DNA of 64,000 nt from Kiritimatiellia bacterium. GTDB lineage: Bacteria; Verrucomicrobiota; Kiritimatiellia; RFP12; UBA1067. The translations under genes and the position numbers were made by a program. Location: NCBI GenBank assembly GCA_050949565.1, contig JBMNFY010000017.1, positions 896,001-960,000 on the forward strand, in the 5' to 3' direction. Below, in pieces: positions 43,175-55,700 of the stretch (the first letter of the stretch is position 1; each line of letters begins with the position of its first letter). Under the pieces are notes generated by a model that saw only the letters and a list, made by a program, of their open reading frames with translations, ran no database searches and had not been told where the DNA came from.

Positions 43175-46100
43175 ATGCTGAAAGTCACAAGATTTGATGG
43201 TTTATTGATGCCGATACTCAAGGGCGCTGCCGCGCTGGTGTTGGGTGTCGTGGGCACCGTACGGGCGCAGTCTATCTGGCCGACCGTGAACTACGGCGAC
43301 GCGATCGAGCTGACGAGCGCCGAAGAGCACACGGCCGATACCAACGTGACGATCCGCGGCAAGGTGACGGTCAAAAGCGGCAATCATTCGTAGAACGCCT
43401 CGGTGACCTCGATCCCGGTCACGTTCGGCTCGCCGTCCGGGGAGCCGAATCCCGCCGAGATCATCGTCGAGGGCGGAAAGTTCGGAGAGTCCAATACCAA
43501 CCTCAAAGGCGGGAACGAGGTCGCGCTCGGGGATGACGGCGGGCGCGGCAAGGTGACGGTGAAGGGCGGCGCCTTCCACTGCTCCAAGTTCTCGATCAGC
43601 GGCAACACTGCGCCGGAGTCGAACGGCTACATCGACTTCCTGCGGATCGAAGGCGGCGCCGCGTATCTGCGCCAGGCCTATAACTATTCGACCGCCACCG
43701 CGCGCGTCATGGTTGCGGGCGGCACCTATTATTCGGCGCATCAGTGGTACGGTGCGATGTTCCAGAAAGGGCCGTTCCTCTTCGAGGCGTGAACGGTGCG
43801 ACGATCACGATCAACCGCGAGAATACGGTGAAGACACTCGTCACAAACGACGCCTCGCTGCGCTTCACCGGCGCCTCGCCGGTCACGATCATGGGAAACG
43901 GCAAAGCGCAGAGCCCCTGCTGCGTTCTCGGCACGAACGTCTGGTTCGACAATGTCGGCAAGGTCAAGTTCTCCGGCAACGAAAAGGCCGAGCTGAGCGG
44001 GGCTCATTTCGGGCTGGAGGTGACCGAGATCCTGTTCGACAATTCCCCCCAGAGCGTGTTCTCTTCCGCCAATTCCACGACGGTGATTCCCTGTGATCTC
44101 ACTTTCACGAACAATGCCTACCTCTACGGCGCCGGCACGCTCGCGTTCAACACGACCTCCGGCGACCACGTCTTTTCGGGGCCGATCCACGGCACCGATC
44201 TTACTATGCGCAAACTCGGCGCGAACACGCTCACGGTCAGTTCGACCACCAACATCCCGCACCTCAAGATCGAGGAAGGCACACTGCTCCTGAAGAGCAC
44301 AATCGCCGCGAAGACGCTGTCCGTCGCTGCGGGCGCGACGGTGACGGTCACCGATTCGCTGAAAATCGAGAACGGCGCGACGGTCAATGCGATCAACGGC
44401 GGCAAGATCGTGCGTCTGAGCGATGTCGCGACCACGACCGATTTGCGCGGCGAGATGATCAGGTCCTGGGATCTCATTAAGACGGGCGCGGGCGAACTCC
44501 GGCTCTACGATCCGCAGCTCTCGGGGTTCGTCCGGGCTGCGGAGGGAACGCTCAAGTTCTCAAAACAGGGGCTGAGCGACCGCTACATCAAGCTGACGTT
44601 CAAGGAACTGCTCCAGTTCTGGTACGGTGGGAGCTACTCTTCGTTAAAAGGTCTGTGTACGAGGGTGGTCTTCTACGATACGAGTGCCGCTCTCTGCCTT
44701 GATTCGTCCAGCTATAACACGCGATTTGTCCTCGGCACCCATCCATCGGCGCTGACCAAAGGCGAAGTGACCGCGCCAGCCGATACCGTTTGGACACAGA
44801 CGAATAATGACTATGGGAACCCGTTCTTCATGTTTCGGTCGTCTGGCGGCGTTCCTCCCGTCTGGAAAACCGGAGCAATGACGAACGCCGAGGACAAGGT
44901 CAACTTCCAGATCCTCTACTATCGACTGCCGGATGTCATCCCCACAGCGCTCGACGGCGTCAACCTCTATTCGAGCTGGACCTATGGCAACCCGAAGAAG
45001 TGGACGCTGGAGACAAGCGCGACCGGCGAGGACGGCACCTGGCACGAAGTGCTCGCCGTGGACGAACGCACGCCCGGCATGTCGAATAACAACTGCGAAT
45101 GGTTGAACGGCAATTCCGCGAAACCCGCCTATCTGCTGAGCTACGACGAGCGCCTTGAGGCCGCGTCGCAGGTTGTCCTGCCGGACGTGCGGTTCAAGCG
45201 CGGCGACATCGCCTATCTCTACGGCTTTCTCAACGGCAAGGGCCTGCCGTGCTACACCGACGGCAACCATATCGATTATCTCAACTGGTTTGACGCGCTT
45301 GAGTTCTCGGGACTCCGTGCCGACGTCTTCGGCGAACGGAACTTCATTGAGAAAGTGAACCCGAAGGATTATCCGGTACTGGTCGTGCCGCACACGCGGA
45401 TGGTGCGCGGCGAAACGTTTGCGCATTTCAAGGACTACGTACGCCAGGGCGGCACCGCGATCATCACCGACGACGCGCTGACGATGACATTTGAGCGATA
45501 TGCGAAGACGGATATCGGCGAATTCGCCACGGATTGCGGCAAGGGCCGCGTCATCGTCGTCCGCGGCAAACCGCAGATGGAAGAATTGATGAAGGTACTG
45601 AAGCCCTATCTGCCGGAGGCGAAGGTGAAGGTGGAGGAGGTGGCGGGTACGACTGCACCGGCCGCGCGGACAGAACCTCCGCTCATCGAGCGCGTGCTCG
45701 CCGGCAATGACGACCGCAAGGTGCTCTATCTCGCCAACTGGGGCGGAATGAAACATACGGTCAAGGTGACGTTGCCTGAGGAAGTGCGAGGATGGCAGGC
45801 GACGCTGATCGAGGGAAATCCGTCCTCTGTCTCTTGCCTTTCGTCTGAGATCACGCTCACCGTGCCGTCGCAGGATCTCGTCGCATTCATGTTGGAGCGT
45901 CCGGGGGCGAAGGTGGCGCCGCTTGATCTGGAAGCCGATCCGAAGGTGGTCGCGACGCTGAAGCGAATCGCCGAACTCAACGAAGCGCGGCCCGCCCACA
46001 AGGGTCCCAAGGCGCTCTTCCCGAAGTGGAGCAAGTGCTACGGGCAGGCGATGGGCAAGGAACTCTATCCGTACGTGCTCGACAGGCTTGCGGCCCTCGG

Positions 46101-46812
46101 CTGCCATGCCGAAGAGGAGGACATTGAGATGTGGACGCCGGAACTGCTCGCGGAGTACGCAGTGGTCGTGCTGCCTGAAACGAACACCCAGAAACTGTTC
46201 CGCGACAAGGCGGCGATGGATGCGCTCGGGAAGAAACTTGATGCTTATGTCAGAAACGGCGGATCGCTTCTGGTGATGGCATACACCGGCTACACCCCGA
46301 ACATCTACGCATATTTGCTGACGTCATGGATAGGGTTCTCGCCGTACTTTGGTGTCGATCTTGGAACAGATGCGTACGACGTGAAGCGCGGCGCTCTCGG
46401 GGATCCGTGCCAGATTCTCAGCGATGCGATCGTGCCGGGGCCGCTCACGGAAGGGGTGGAGCGGGTGCAGCTTCATTATCTTCGGACGATCGATGCGCCG
46501 AAGGGGTGGAAGGTGCGCGCCGAGCCGGTAGTCAAGATTCCGGACGATTGCGAACGCGGCGGGGGACGGTCGGCGATGATGGCGCTCGAACTCGGCAGGG
46601 GGCGGGTCGTTCTGATCGCCGACCTCATGATGTTCCAGCCGTTCCGTATCGGTTTCGCGGACAATGCGGCACTGCTTGTCAATACGGCGGGCTGGCTTCT
46701 ACGGAAGCCGGTCACGCAGGAGATGCGCGATGACTTCAGAAAACGGGGACTCTTCATTGAACGAGTCGTGCCGTCGGCGGACAAGGCCGGAATCCCAGGA
46801 GATCGGAAATGA
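43175..46812 (+). pseudogene. Disrupted chimeric gene: autotransporter-passenger-like N-terminus fused to GH42-like trimerisation/class I GATase-like C-terminal domains
   Basis: In-frame TAG at 43391-43393; frameshift near 43787; KLGANTLTV and KTGAGELRL passenger repeats; abrupt change in composition near 45150 to DIAYLY..YPVLVVP..YVRQGG. Confidence 0.72.
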
Positions 46813-46828
46813 CCCGAGGATTTCCTTT

Positions 46829-47938
46829 TTATTTTGATGTCGCGAGGGCGATGCCGCGCACTTCTTTGCCGTCCTCGCCGCGTCCCACAGCGCAGTAGTA
46901 GTGATAGACCACGCCGTCGTGCTTGATCACCCACGGCTTGTGGGCGTGGATACAGTCGAAAGGCTCCGAAGGCCGTATGAGCGGCTCGCCCTCCCACTTG
47001 GTCCAGTGCTTGAGGTCGTGGGAACAGGCGAACGTATCGAATGCGCCGGACACGCCCGGCCGCCACCTGAACCCGAAATAGAACATCACCCACACGTCTC
47101 CGATGCGCCGCACCATCGGATCGCCGGAAATACCGGGCTTCGACGGGTCACCATTGTCGATCACCGGACCGTCGCCCACGCGCCGCCAATGGAGCATGTC
47201 GTCCGAAACGGCCATGCCGATCGCCTCGCGCCGCACGCCGCGCTGATTGGCGTTGTAAAAATTCACGAACCGTCCGCCACAGGAACGCGTCGGATCTTCC
47301 ACCGTGAAATGCTTGTAGATCGTCAGCGTCTCAAAAGCGCGGGCGTCCGGGTCACGCGGACTCAAGACGGGATTCCCCGGATAGCGCGTCCACTCCTTCA
47401 CGGCGGAGGGATCGTCCGTCCAGGCGACGCCCGTCGAGAGCGGATCCGTCTCGTACCCGTGGAGTTCGCCGCCGAGGTACATCATCCAGTACCGGCCATC
47501 GAATGTGTTCAGCGTATTCGGGCCGTCCCAACGGGGATCAAGGAGCGACGGCCATCCATCAGCCTGCGCCGAGTCCCAAGCACCCTCCGCGCCTCGCGAC
47601 AAGACACATCCGAGCGGCTGCCACGCGATGAGGTCGGACGATTTCGCAAGGTGCGTTTCGTACCCCTTCCCGTCGAAGCGGATGTGCATCATGTACCAGG
47701 CGTCTCCGTGGCGGAACACCATCGGATTGTCGAGCATCTCGCCTTTTGCCGGACGGAGCACCATGCCCCGCTTGTTCGGCGTTTTGACTTCTTCGTAGAT
47801 GGCGCGCATCTCTGCGTCCGAGACAGCTTGTTGCGACACAACGTTAAACATCGAAACTTTTGAATCTGCGGCAACTCGAACGCCGCACGAACACATCACA
47901 ACCAGCGCAAGGCACAACTTGGTTCGCATCTCTCGCAC
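46829..47938 (-). CDS. Secreted five-bladed beta-propeller glycosidase (GH32/GH43/GH130-like)
   Basis: DNPMVF, WDS, GNPVL, GDPMV and HKPWV blade motifs; signal peptide. Confidence 0.8.
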   Translation of the reverse strand: MREMRTKLCLALVVMCSCGVRVAADSKVSMFNVVSQQAVSDAEMRAIYEEVKTPNKRGMVLRPAKGEMLDNPMVFRHGDAWYMMHIRFDGKGYETHLAKSSDLIAWQPLGCVLSRGAEGAWDSAQADGWPSLLDPRWDGPNTLNTFDGRYWMMYLGGELHGYETDPLSTGVAWTDDPSAVKEWTRYPGNPVLSPRDPDARAFETLTIYKHFTVEDPTRSCGGRFVNFYNANQRGVRREAIGMAVSDDMLHWRRVGDGPVIDNGDPSKPGISGDPMVRRIGDVWVMFYFGFRWRPGVSGAFDTFACSHDLKHWTKWEGEPLIRPSEPFDCIHAHKPWVIKHDGVVYHYYCAVGRGEDGKEVRGIALATSK

Positions 47939-48278
47939 TCCTTTCGGTCAAAACCTCTGCATTCAGCACGCACCATACCACAAAATCCCGCGCTCGCGCG
48001 CTATCAAAGTTTTACACTTGGACGCGCTTTCATGCTGAGGCTCTTGCAAAACCCCCTCGTGACATGGGCGTCCCGCCCATGAAACACGGGCAGGATGCCC
48101 GTGCCACGCCTGCACGCAAGGGATTTTGCAGGATTTTCTGACGAAGAGGCGCAGCGGTTGCTGAAAAACGGACGCGACAGGGCGTTTTTCCCGTTTTTCG
48201 GATGTTTCCGGGCAGACCCCGGCGCCTCCGCCCGGTCGCGGGCGGGTTTTCAGGGAGGGCAGTCTGCCGCGGGGCCGG

Positions 48279-49394
48279 TCAGGGAAGCATTCTGAGCATC
48301 TGCTCGGCGGCGATGACCAGCAGCCCGAAGGCCAGATGCGCCGCCACCTTCGCCGGGCCGCGCACCCGGACGTTCCGTCCGCCGTGCTCTTCGTGCAGAT
48401 GGCTGTTGACGCGCTCGACGGCCGTGCGTTCGTGGTAGCGCCGGGCTTCCGCCGGGGAGAACTCGATCTTCTCGCCCCGGCGCGGGTTGTGGTCGATGAG
48501 CGCCACGTGCCCCAGCCGCGCCGACATCTCGCGGATCTCCTTGGCGTCGTAGGCGGCGTCGGCCAGATCATAGAGGTTGACGATCCGTCCGGCGGTCATC
48601 TGCGCCAGCGGGATGGCGGCCTGGCTGTCGTGCAGGCTGGCGGAAGTGAGTATGAAGCTGACCGGGATATCGCCGTCGATCACGTCCAGATGGGCCTTGT
48701 AGCCGCGCCAGCATTCTGTCTTGCCCTTGCTGTTCTTCTTGCAGCCCCAGTCGCAGGACGCGGGCAGGTCGGCCAGGTTTTCCTTCAAGCCGCGGTTGAG
48801 CTGCAGTTGCAGCCGTGTCGGATCCGGCGGCGGCGCCGGGGGCTCGCCCTTCCTGCGCCGGCCGCGTTTGCCGCGCTCGGGGGCGGGGGCCGTCTCCGGC
48901 TTGGCCGCGGCCTTCTCGCGGGCGCGGATCGCGGTGGCGTCGCGGCTGACGTGCCCGGCGAGCTTGTCGCCATAGCGGGCCTTGACCATCGCCTCGTGGA
49001 TTTCCTGCGGGCACCCGTTCCTGGCGAATTCGGCGAAGGCGCGCGAGAAGGTCGACGCCGAGGGCACTTCGCCGAGCGTCTCCCAGCCGCACAGCCGGCG
49101 CAGGGCCGGACGGTGGCGGATGGCGTCGATCAGGCCGCTCGTGGTGTCGAAGTTCCAGACGGTCTTGCCTATGAACGCCTTGCACATCGCCAGCCGGTCG
49201 CACGGCGGGCAGCCGTTGCCGCACCAGCGGTAGGCGCCCATGTGATCCTGCGGGGCGCACAGCTCGCAGACCGCGACGAACTGGCGGTGCTTCTCGTCGA
49301 GTTCCCCGATCTCGTCCTCCAGCATCGGGAAGAGCCATGACTGGATGCTGTTCCACAACTGGCCCAGAGGGGGTTGATGTCGCGTTTCCTTCAT
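48279..49394 (-). CDS. DDE transposase
   Basis: PSASTFSR, SRDATAI, GYKAH, HDSQ, ADAAYD and RTAVERVNS motifs. Confidence 0.93.
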   Translation of the reverse strand: MKETRHQPPLGQLWNSIQSWLFPMLEDEIGELDEKHRQFVAVCELCAPQDHMGAYRWCGNGCPPCDRLAMCKAFIGKTVWNFDTTSGLIDAIRHRPALRRLCGWETLGEVPSASTFSRAFAEFARNGCPQEIHEAMVKARYGDKLAGHVSRDATAIRAREKAAAKPETAPAPERGKRGRRRKGEPPAPPPDPTRLQLQLNRGLKENLADLPASCDWGCKKNSKGKTECWRGYKAHLDVIDGDIPVSFILTSASLHDSQAAIPLAQMTAGRIVNLYDLADAAYDAKEIREMSARLGHVALIDHNPRRGEKIEFSPAEARRYHERTAVERVNSHLHEEHGGRNVRVRGPAKVAAHLAFGLLVIAAEQMLRMLP

Positions 49395-49488
49395 GCGTTT
49401 TTGTCTCCTTTCCGCGTTTGTTTTTCCGTCCTTACGGATGATGGAGGCATTGTAACATATTGCGCGGCAACAAGATACAACAAAAATC

Positions 49489-49539
49489 GGGGGGGGTAGA
49501 CAAACACCCCGGAATGTGCGACAATACCCCTGTTCGTTT
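49489..49539 (+). promoter_or_regulatory. Conserved upstream motif (copy 2), located inside the IS
   Basis: G8-TA-GACAAACACCCCGGAATGTGCGACAAT aligns with 43064-43113. Confidence 0.6.
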
Positions 49540-49674
49540 TGGGCGCGGTATGGTGCCGTGCAGAAGGCGACGCGGCGTGGGGCGGAGCGTCATGCCCGGC
49601 CGCGCCGGGCGGTGGGATGGTTCGCTGACAAGACGTCCCGCCCGCAGGCCGTCAGGCGTTGCGGTGTGGGGGTT

Positions 49675-49702
49675 TTGCAAGAGCCTCATGCTGTGATACG
49701 AT
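49675..49702 (+). promoter_or_regulatory. Hybrid promoter: IS-end TTGCAA plus native extended -10 TG-A-TACGAT
   Basis: 16-bp spacer; the empty-site reconstruction gives TTGGAC-N17-TACGAT. Confidence 0.6.
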
Positions 49703-49751
49703 TCTCCCATCGTGAAGAAAGTGGCAGTGGTTTTAATCAAGGAGACCGGTC

Positions 49752-52700
49752 ATGAAAAAAGTAGGCTTCGCGTGGGTAGTCGCGTTCTGTTCGGGTTTGT
49801 TCGCCGTGTGTGTGGGTGCACAGGAGATCATAAAGGCTAACAACTCCCTGCCACTCAATGACCCCGCCTCTTGGACGGGCGGGGTTGTACCCGGCGACGG
49901 CAACATCGCCGTGTGGGACAACACGGTCCTCGGCGCAAATACGGTCACGCTGGGCAGCGCGCTCACCTGGGACGGTCTCCGCCTCACCAATCCCGGCGGC
50001 ACGGTCACGTTGCAGGGCGCGAACCGCTTGACGCTCGACGGCGGCGCGGCCACCGACCTCGACCTGTCACTCGCGACGCAGGATCTCGTGCTCGACCTGC
50101 CGGTAACATTGGGCAGTAGCCAAACGGCCAACATCGCGGCTGACCGCAGTGTAACGGTAAACGGCGCGGCGTCGATCGATAATCTGACGAAAAAAGGCGA
50201 CGGGCTCCTGCATCTGACCGGCACCACAATCTGCAACGACGGCCGCTATGAGGCGGGCTTGACCGTGTACGACGGCACCACCTCGCTGCCCGGCACCCAC
50301 TCGCTGATGGGCGGTTCCGTGATCTTCCGCGGCGCTGTTACCATGATCCAGGGTTTAGGAGAGACGCTTGGCGTCTATAACGGCACGCTGGTGCTCGACG
50401 GCGCGGGCTTGACCATGACGGACGCTCTCGGCCGCTTCTTTGTCGGGCGCACCCACGCGACCAGCGACGGCCTCCTGATTGTCTCCAACGGCACCCACAC
50501 GATCCGCGGCAAGCAAAGCACCAACATGGCGAGCTTCATCGGCGTCTCTGGCGCCCGGCGCGGTCGTCTCTACCTGGAAAACGGGAGCCTCAGCGTGCCC
50601 TTCCTGCGGCTGGGAACCAATCAGAAAGGTTCTGATGATATTGATGAGTTGATCATCAACAACGGTCTGCTCTCGGTCACCGGTGTCACCGACAGCAGCC
50701 CGGTGAATAAAGCCTTCAAGATGGGTACGCGCTTCGACGAGGCTATGGTAGGAGCCACGCGCAGCGGCCTGATCGTAGTCAACGGCGGTCGCTTCGAAGT
50801 ACCGAACGGCACCGCGCAGATCGCCACTGACGTAGCCTCCTCCACCGGCTCGCAACAGATTTTCCTCAACGGCGGCACCTGGGCCGTCAAGAAGCTCGCG
50901 TTCGGCTCATCGCCCAATGTCACGCGCACCCTCACCTTTGACGGCGGCACGCTCGAAGGCACCAATGTGATCACCGGCTCCGACCTGATCGAAGGCGCGG
51001 CCTACGTGACCGCCGCCGTGCGCGCCGGCGGTGCGCGACTCGCAAGCGCTCCCGGCAACGACTTCAGCGTCACCCTGAATCTGATCGAGGACCCGAGTAG
51101 CCCCGGCGGCGGTCTCGTGAAGCTTGGCGATGGCCGCCTCTCCCTCGGCGGCGTCAACACCTACACAGGTCCGACGATCGTCTCCAACGGCACGCTGGCA
51201 CTCTCCGGCACGCTGGCCGTCACCAACCTCATCGTGGCACCCGGCGCAACCTTCTCGATGGCCGACGGCACGCTCTCCACCTTCGCGCCCCCCGCGTTGT
51301 GCTTCGGCGTGGGCGACGGCACGCCCGCCGTGCTCGAACTTGAGGTCGCGCCCGCCGGCAACGCCTGCGACACCCTGCATATCCCGAACGGTGCCTGGAT
51401 TCAAAGCATGAGCATCGCACTCGTGCAGCAAGGCACGCGACATCGCATTCAGCGCGAAGGCGACTTCCCGATCTTCACCTATTCCGGCACCGCCCCCGCG
51501 CTCTCCGGACTGAGTTGGGCGAACCCCATCGCCGGTTTCACCTGCACCTTCGCCCTCGATAACGCTGCGCGCACCGTCACAGCGCAGGTGCGCATCGACC
51601 CGACAAGCAGCCCCTCCGTGTGGATCAATCCGACCCACGGCGACTGGACCACCGCCGCCAACTGGAACGCGATGCCCGCCTCCGCTGCCGGTACTGCGGT
51701 GCTCTTCGACGCCGTGCCTACCGCTGCCACCACCGTCACGCTCGACACCCCTTTCACGCTGGGCAGCGTCGCCTTTGTCAACCCGTACAGCTACACGCTC
51801 TCTGGTGCAGGCTCGCTGACATTCGACAACGCCAGTGCGGACGCCGCGCTGACCGTCGACCAGGGCGCGCACACTGTCAACCTACCGCTGACCTCCTCGG
51901 CGCCGCTGACCGTCACGCCCGCCGCTGGCACCGCGCTCACGCTGGCTGCCCCCCTCTCTGGCAGCGGCAGTCTGAAAAAAGAGGGCGACGGCATACTCAA
52001 GGTGACTGCCGACAACAGCTACGCCGGCGGCACGCATCTCGCGCGCGGCGAACTGTGGCTCTCCGCAGATGCCTCGCTCGGCACGGGCCCCATCACGCAC
52101 GCACAGGCCAACGGCCGTCTGCGCAGCGTGGGCGCCGGTCCCGTCGTGATCACCAACGACCTGTTGATCGCCGCCAGCGGCGCCGCGCTGGCCGCCGATG
52201 GCTCCGATGATCTTTTCGGGACGCCTCGACTGGGTCGACGGCCAAAGAACGCTCCAGAAGTTCGGCCACGGAACGCTGATCTTCAAGGGGCAGGCCGAAA
52301 AGTCCGGCGGCTACAGGATCAACCTCCGCACCGCGAACTTCCGTGTGGCGGATGGTGCCCGCATCATGTTCAATAATGCGAACATCCGCGACACGATCTA
52401 TCTCGCGGACATCACCTCGGCCGGACGCACCTTCACGGTCGAGACCGGCGCGGTCGTGGTCGCCGGCGGCATCTACACCGGCGCGGGGCCATCGAACACC
52501 GTCCATGTGAACGGCGGCAGCCTGACCCTGACCGGTAGCGGCGACATCGGCGAGACCGGTCTGATCCGCACCGTCATCGACGTGAACGGCACCGACCGCA
52601 TCATCGTGGACGCCGGTGAACTGATCTTTTCCGACGATGACTGGTTCAGTCTGGGCGTGCGCGGCGGCGGCGCGGAAGTCATCATCAACGGCGGCACCGC

Positions 52701-55700
52701 CACCTTCGGTCGCCTCGCGCTGGGCGTGCGCGGCGACACTTCTTTCGCATCGGCCGGTCACCCCACCTACGCGAATGTCTTCGTAAACGGCGGCGTCATG
52801 ACGGTCGCCGGTGCCCTGAACTGGCTGGGCGACATCACCGCAGGCCGCACCAACCGCCTCTTCCTCAGCGGCGGTACGCTGCGCCTCCCCCCCACCTTCC
52901 AGTCGGCCGTTTCCCCGACAGCAGGCGGTAGCGTCTTCACCTTTGACGGCGGCACGCTGGAAGTACTGCCTCAAGCGAACTGGGGTAACAACTCGCTCGA
53001 TGATTACCTGAACGGCCTGACCGAGCTCTTCGTCGATCAAGGCGGCGGCGTAATTGACACCTGCGGCCACGACATCGTCATCAGACAGCAGGTGCAGCGT
53101 GTCGACACCGCCACTGGCGGCCTCACCAAACGCGGCCTCGGCTCCCTGACCCTCGCCGGTCCGTGCAACATCGGCGGGACCGCCACCGTCGAGTCCGGTG
53201 CCCTGCGCTTCACCGCGCCGGTTACGGTCGGTGGTCTGTCGCTCTCCGCCAACACCGCACTCAGCCTGCGCAACAACACATACGACACGCTGACGCCCGC
53301 CACCGTCCTCTTTGCGGACGGCACGCGCCTCGATCTCGATGTCTCCGCCGATACGACGGACTGCGACCAGATCGCGCTGCCGTCAGGCACCACGCTCGGC
53401 GATCTCGTGATCGGCCTCTACGTACTCGGCAGCGACACAACGGCCGCACGCGCCGTAACTTATCCGCTCTTCACCTATACCGGCACGCCGCCGGACATCT
53501 CCGGCCTCACGCTCGCGCCCGAATGCTTCGGAGTCACCTGTACCTTTGTGGTCAACACCGGCGCGCAGACCATCGACGCGCAACTCGCGTATACCAACAC
53601 GCAAGTCTCTTGGGCGAACGCCGGCGGCGGTGACTGGAGCCTCGCCGACAACTGGACGCCGATGGCCCCGGCTGCTGCGGGTGCCGTCACGCGCTTCGGT
53701 TCGGCGCTGACCGCCGATGCCACCGTGAACATCGACAGCCCGGTCTCGGTCGCAGGCATGCTCTTTGACCATACCCACCGCTACACGCTTGACGGCGCGA
53801 CGGCCACCTTCGCATCCGCCACCGGCGATGCCGCTGTCACCGTCGCGCGCGGTGCGCACACGTTGGCCGGACCGCTCGTGCTGAACGCTGACACACGCGC
53901 ATCGATCGCGCCGGATGCTGTCCTGACGGTTGCCAACCACGTCTCGGGCAGTGGTAGCCTGACCGTCGACGGCGGCGGCTTGCTGGCTCTCGATGGGACC
54001 AACACCACACCGCTGACCGTGCGCGGCGCTGCGACCGTTCAAGTGCCGACCGTCGCTTCGCTCGGCGCGGCTGACATGACGCTGGATGGTGGCGGTCTGC
54101 GGGTCTCCGTCTCTGATACCCTGAGCGGCACGGTGCTCCTCGGCGCGGCAGGCGGCGCCTTCAGCGCCGGAACCGGACAGACGCTGAACCTCGACGCCAC
54201 CGTGAGTGGCAGCGGCAGCCTGACCAAGAGCGGCCCCGGCACTGTCACGCTCGGCACCACAGCGTGCGGTTACACGGGTACGACCGTCGTGGATGGCGGC
54301 ACCCTAAGCCTCGACGCATTGCCTTCTGGCGCGTGGACACTCAATCGCGGCACGCTCGCCTATACCGGCGCGGCGGCCTCGTTCGCGCAGCCGGTCACGA
54401 TCGACTCCGGCACCAGAGCCGTAATCCTGCGTACCGAGAGCGACCTCACCCTCAGCGGTGGCGTCACGACGCAGTCGGGCGCGCTGCTCAAAACCGGTGC
54501 TGGCATCCTGACACTCGTCGGTCCGGCCTCCAACACGCTCGGTCTCGGGAGCGCCGCCAACCTGAACGGCATCGCGGCGGCGGGCGTGGACGGCGACGGC
54601 CCCACAGTCGGCTTCGGCGCCTTCAACGTCGCACAAGGATGCGTCAAGTTAGGCGACACCGATCAGCGCACCGTCATTGGCGGACCGCTCTTCGTGGGGT
54701 TGGCAACCACCGCCAACGCGAACAGCGAAACCGCAGGCGAGTTGGTGGTGACCGCCGGTGAGGTCGTCTGCACCGAATGGACCCACATCGGCCGCAACAA
54801 CGGCTCCACCGTGACCGCGCCGGACGGCCTGACTTCGCGTCTGCTGATTCAGGGCGGCGACTTTGTGACGCGCAATCTCGCACTCGGCACAACCGCAGAG
54901 TTCGACGGATACACAGGACGCCCGGTTCTTGAAATTCAGGACGGTACCTGCACGATAGAAAACGTCCTCTTCGTGGGCGAAGGTGCAGGCGGCGTCTCGA
55001 CCATCTGGGTCAACGGCGGTACCCTACGCAATCAGGTGCTGTTCTCCGAAACCTCCTGCCGCCTCGGCAACAGCGGCGGCGAAGGCATCCTGCGCGTGAC
55101 CGGCGGACGTGCCGAGTTCAGAAAGGACGTCATCTTGGCCATGAACGCCGGTTGCACGGGCACCGTCGAACTGGCGGGTGGCGTGCTCTCCTGCTACAAC
55201 CTGTATGCGTGGACTTCGCCCGCCACCGGCTACGCCCGCGTGCTCTTCAACGGCGGTGTGTTCCAGCCGACCGGCCCGATCATGAGTGACAACTTCGATG
55301 AGATAAAGATCGGCGCGGCACCCGCCATCTTCGATACCTCGTTCGCCGAAAATGAACGCTTCTCGCTGGAGGCCGTATTGACCGGCGCCGACACGAGCGA
55401 CGGCGGCTTGGTCAAGATCGGAACCGGTACACTCTCGGTAAGGTCGGCGCAAGCATATGCCGGACCGACCGTCGTTTCGTCCGGCGTACTGCGCGTGGAG
55501 GGCAGCCTGCCCGCAGCCTCGGCGCTGACGGTCGTGCCGGGCGCGACGCTGCAACTCAACCAGGCGGAAGCCCAGACCGTCACGGTCAGCGCGCTGGCGC
55601 TCGGCGACGCACTCGACACGACACCGGCGGAACTGGTGTTCGGCGTCAACGTATCCGCCGGCGTCAATGACCAGATCGCGGTCACCGGCGACGTGGTGGC

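Larger units (their letters stand above)
48037..49687 (-). mobile_element. Complete insertion sequence (1651 bp), DDE type, IS5/IS1182-like
   Basis: Perfect 20-bp TIRs GAGGCTCTTGCAAAACCCCC (48037-48056, 49668-49687); 5-bp direct repeat ATGCT on both flanks; transposase inside; higher GC. Confidence 0.92.

Noticed and set aside
43391-43393. In-frame TAG as pyrrolysine or stop-codon reassignment
   Set aside because: TAG ends intact genes normally in this window (875, 19453, 28736), and the same gene also has a frameshift, so a nonsense mutation or error is simpler
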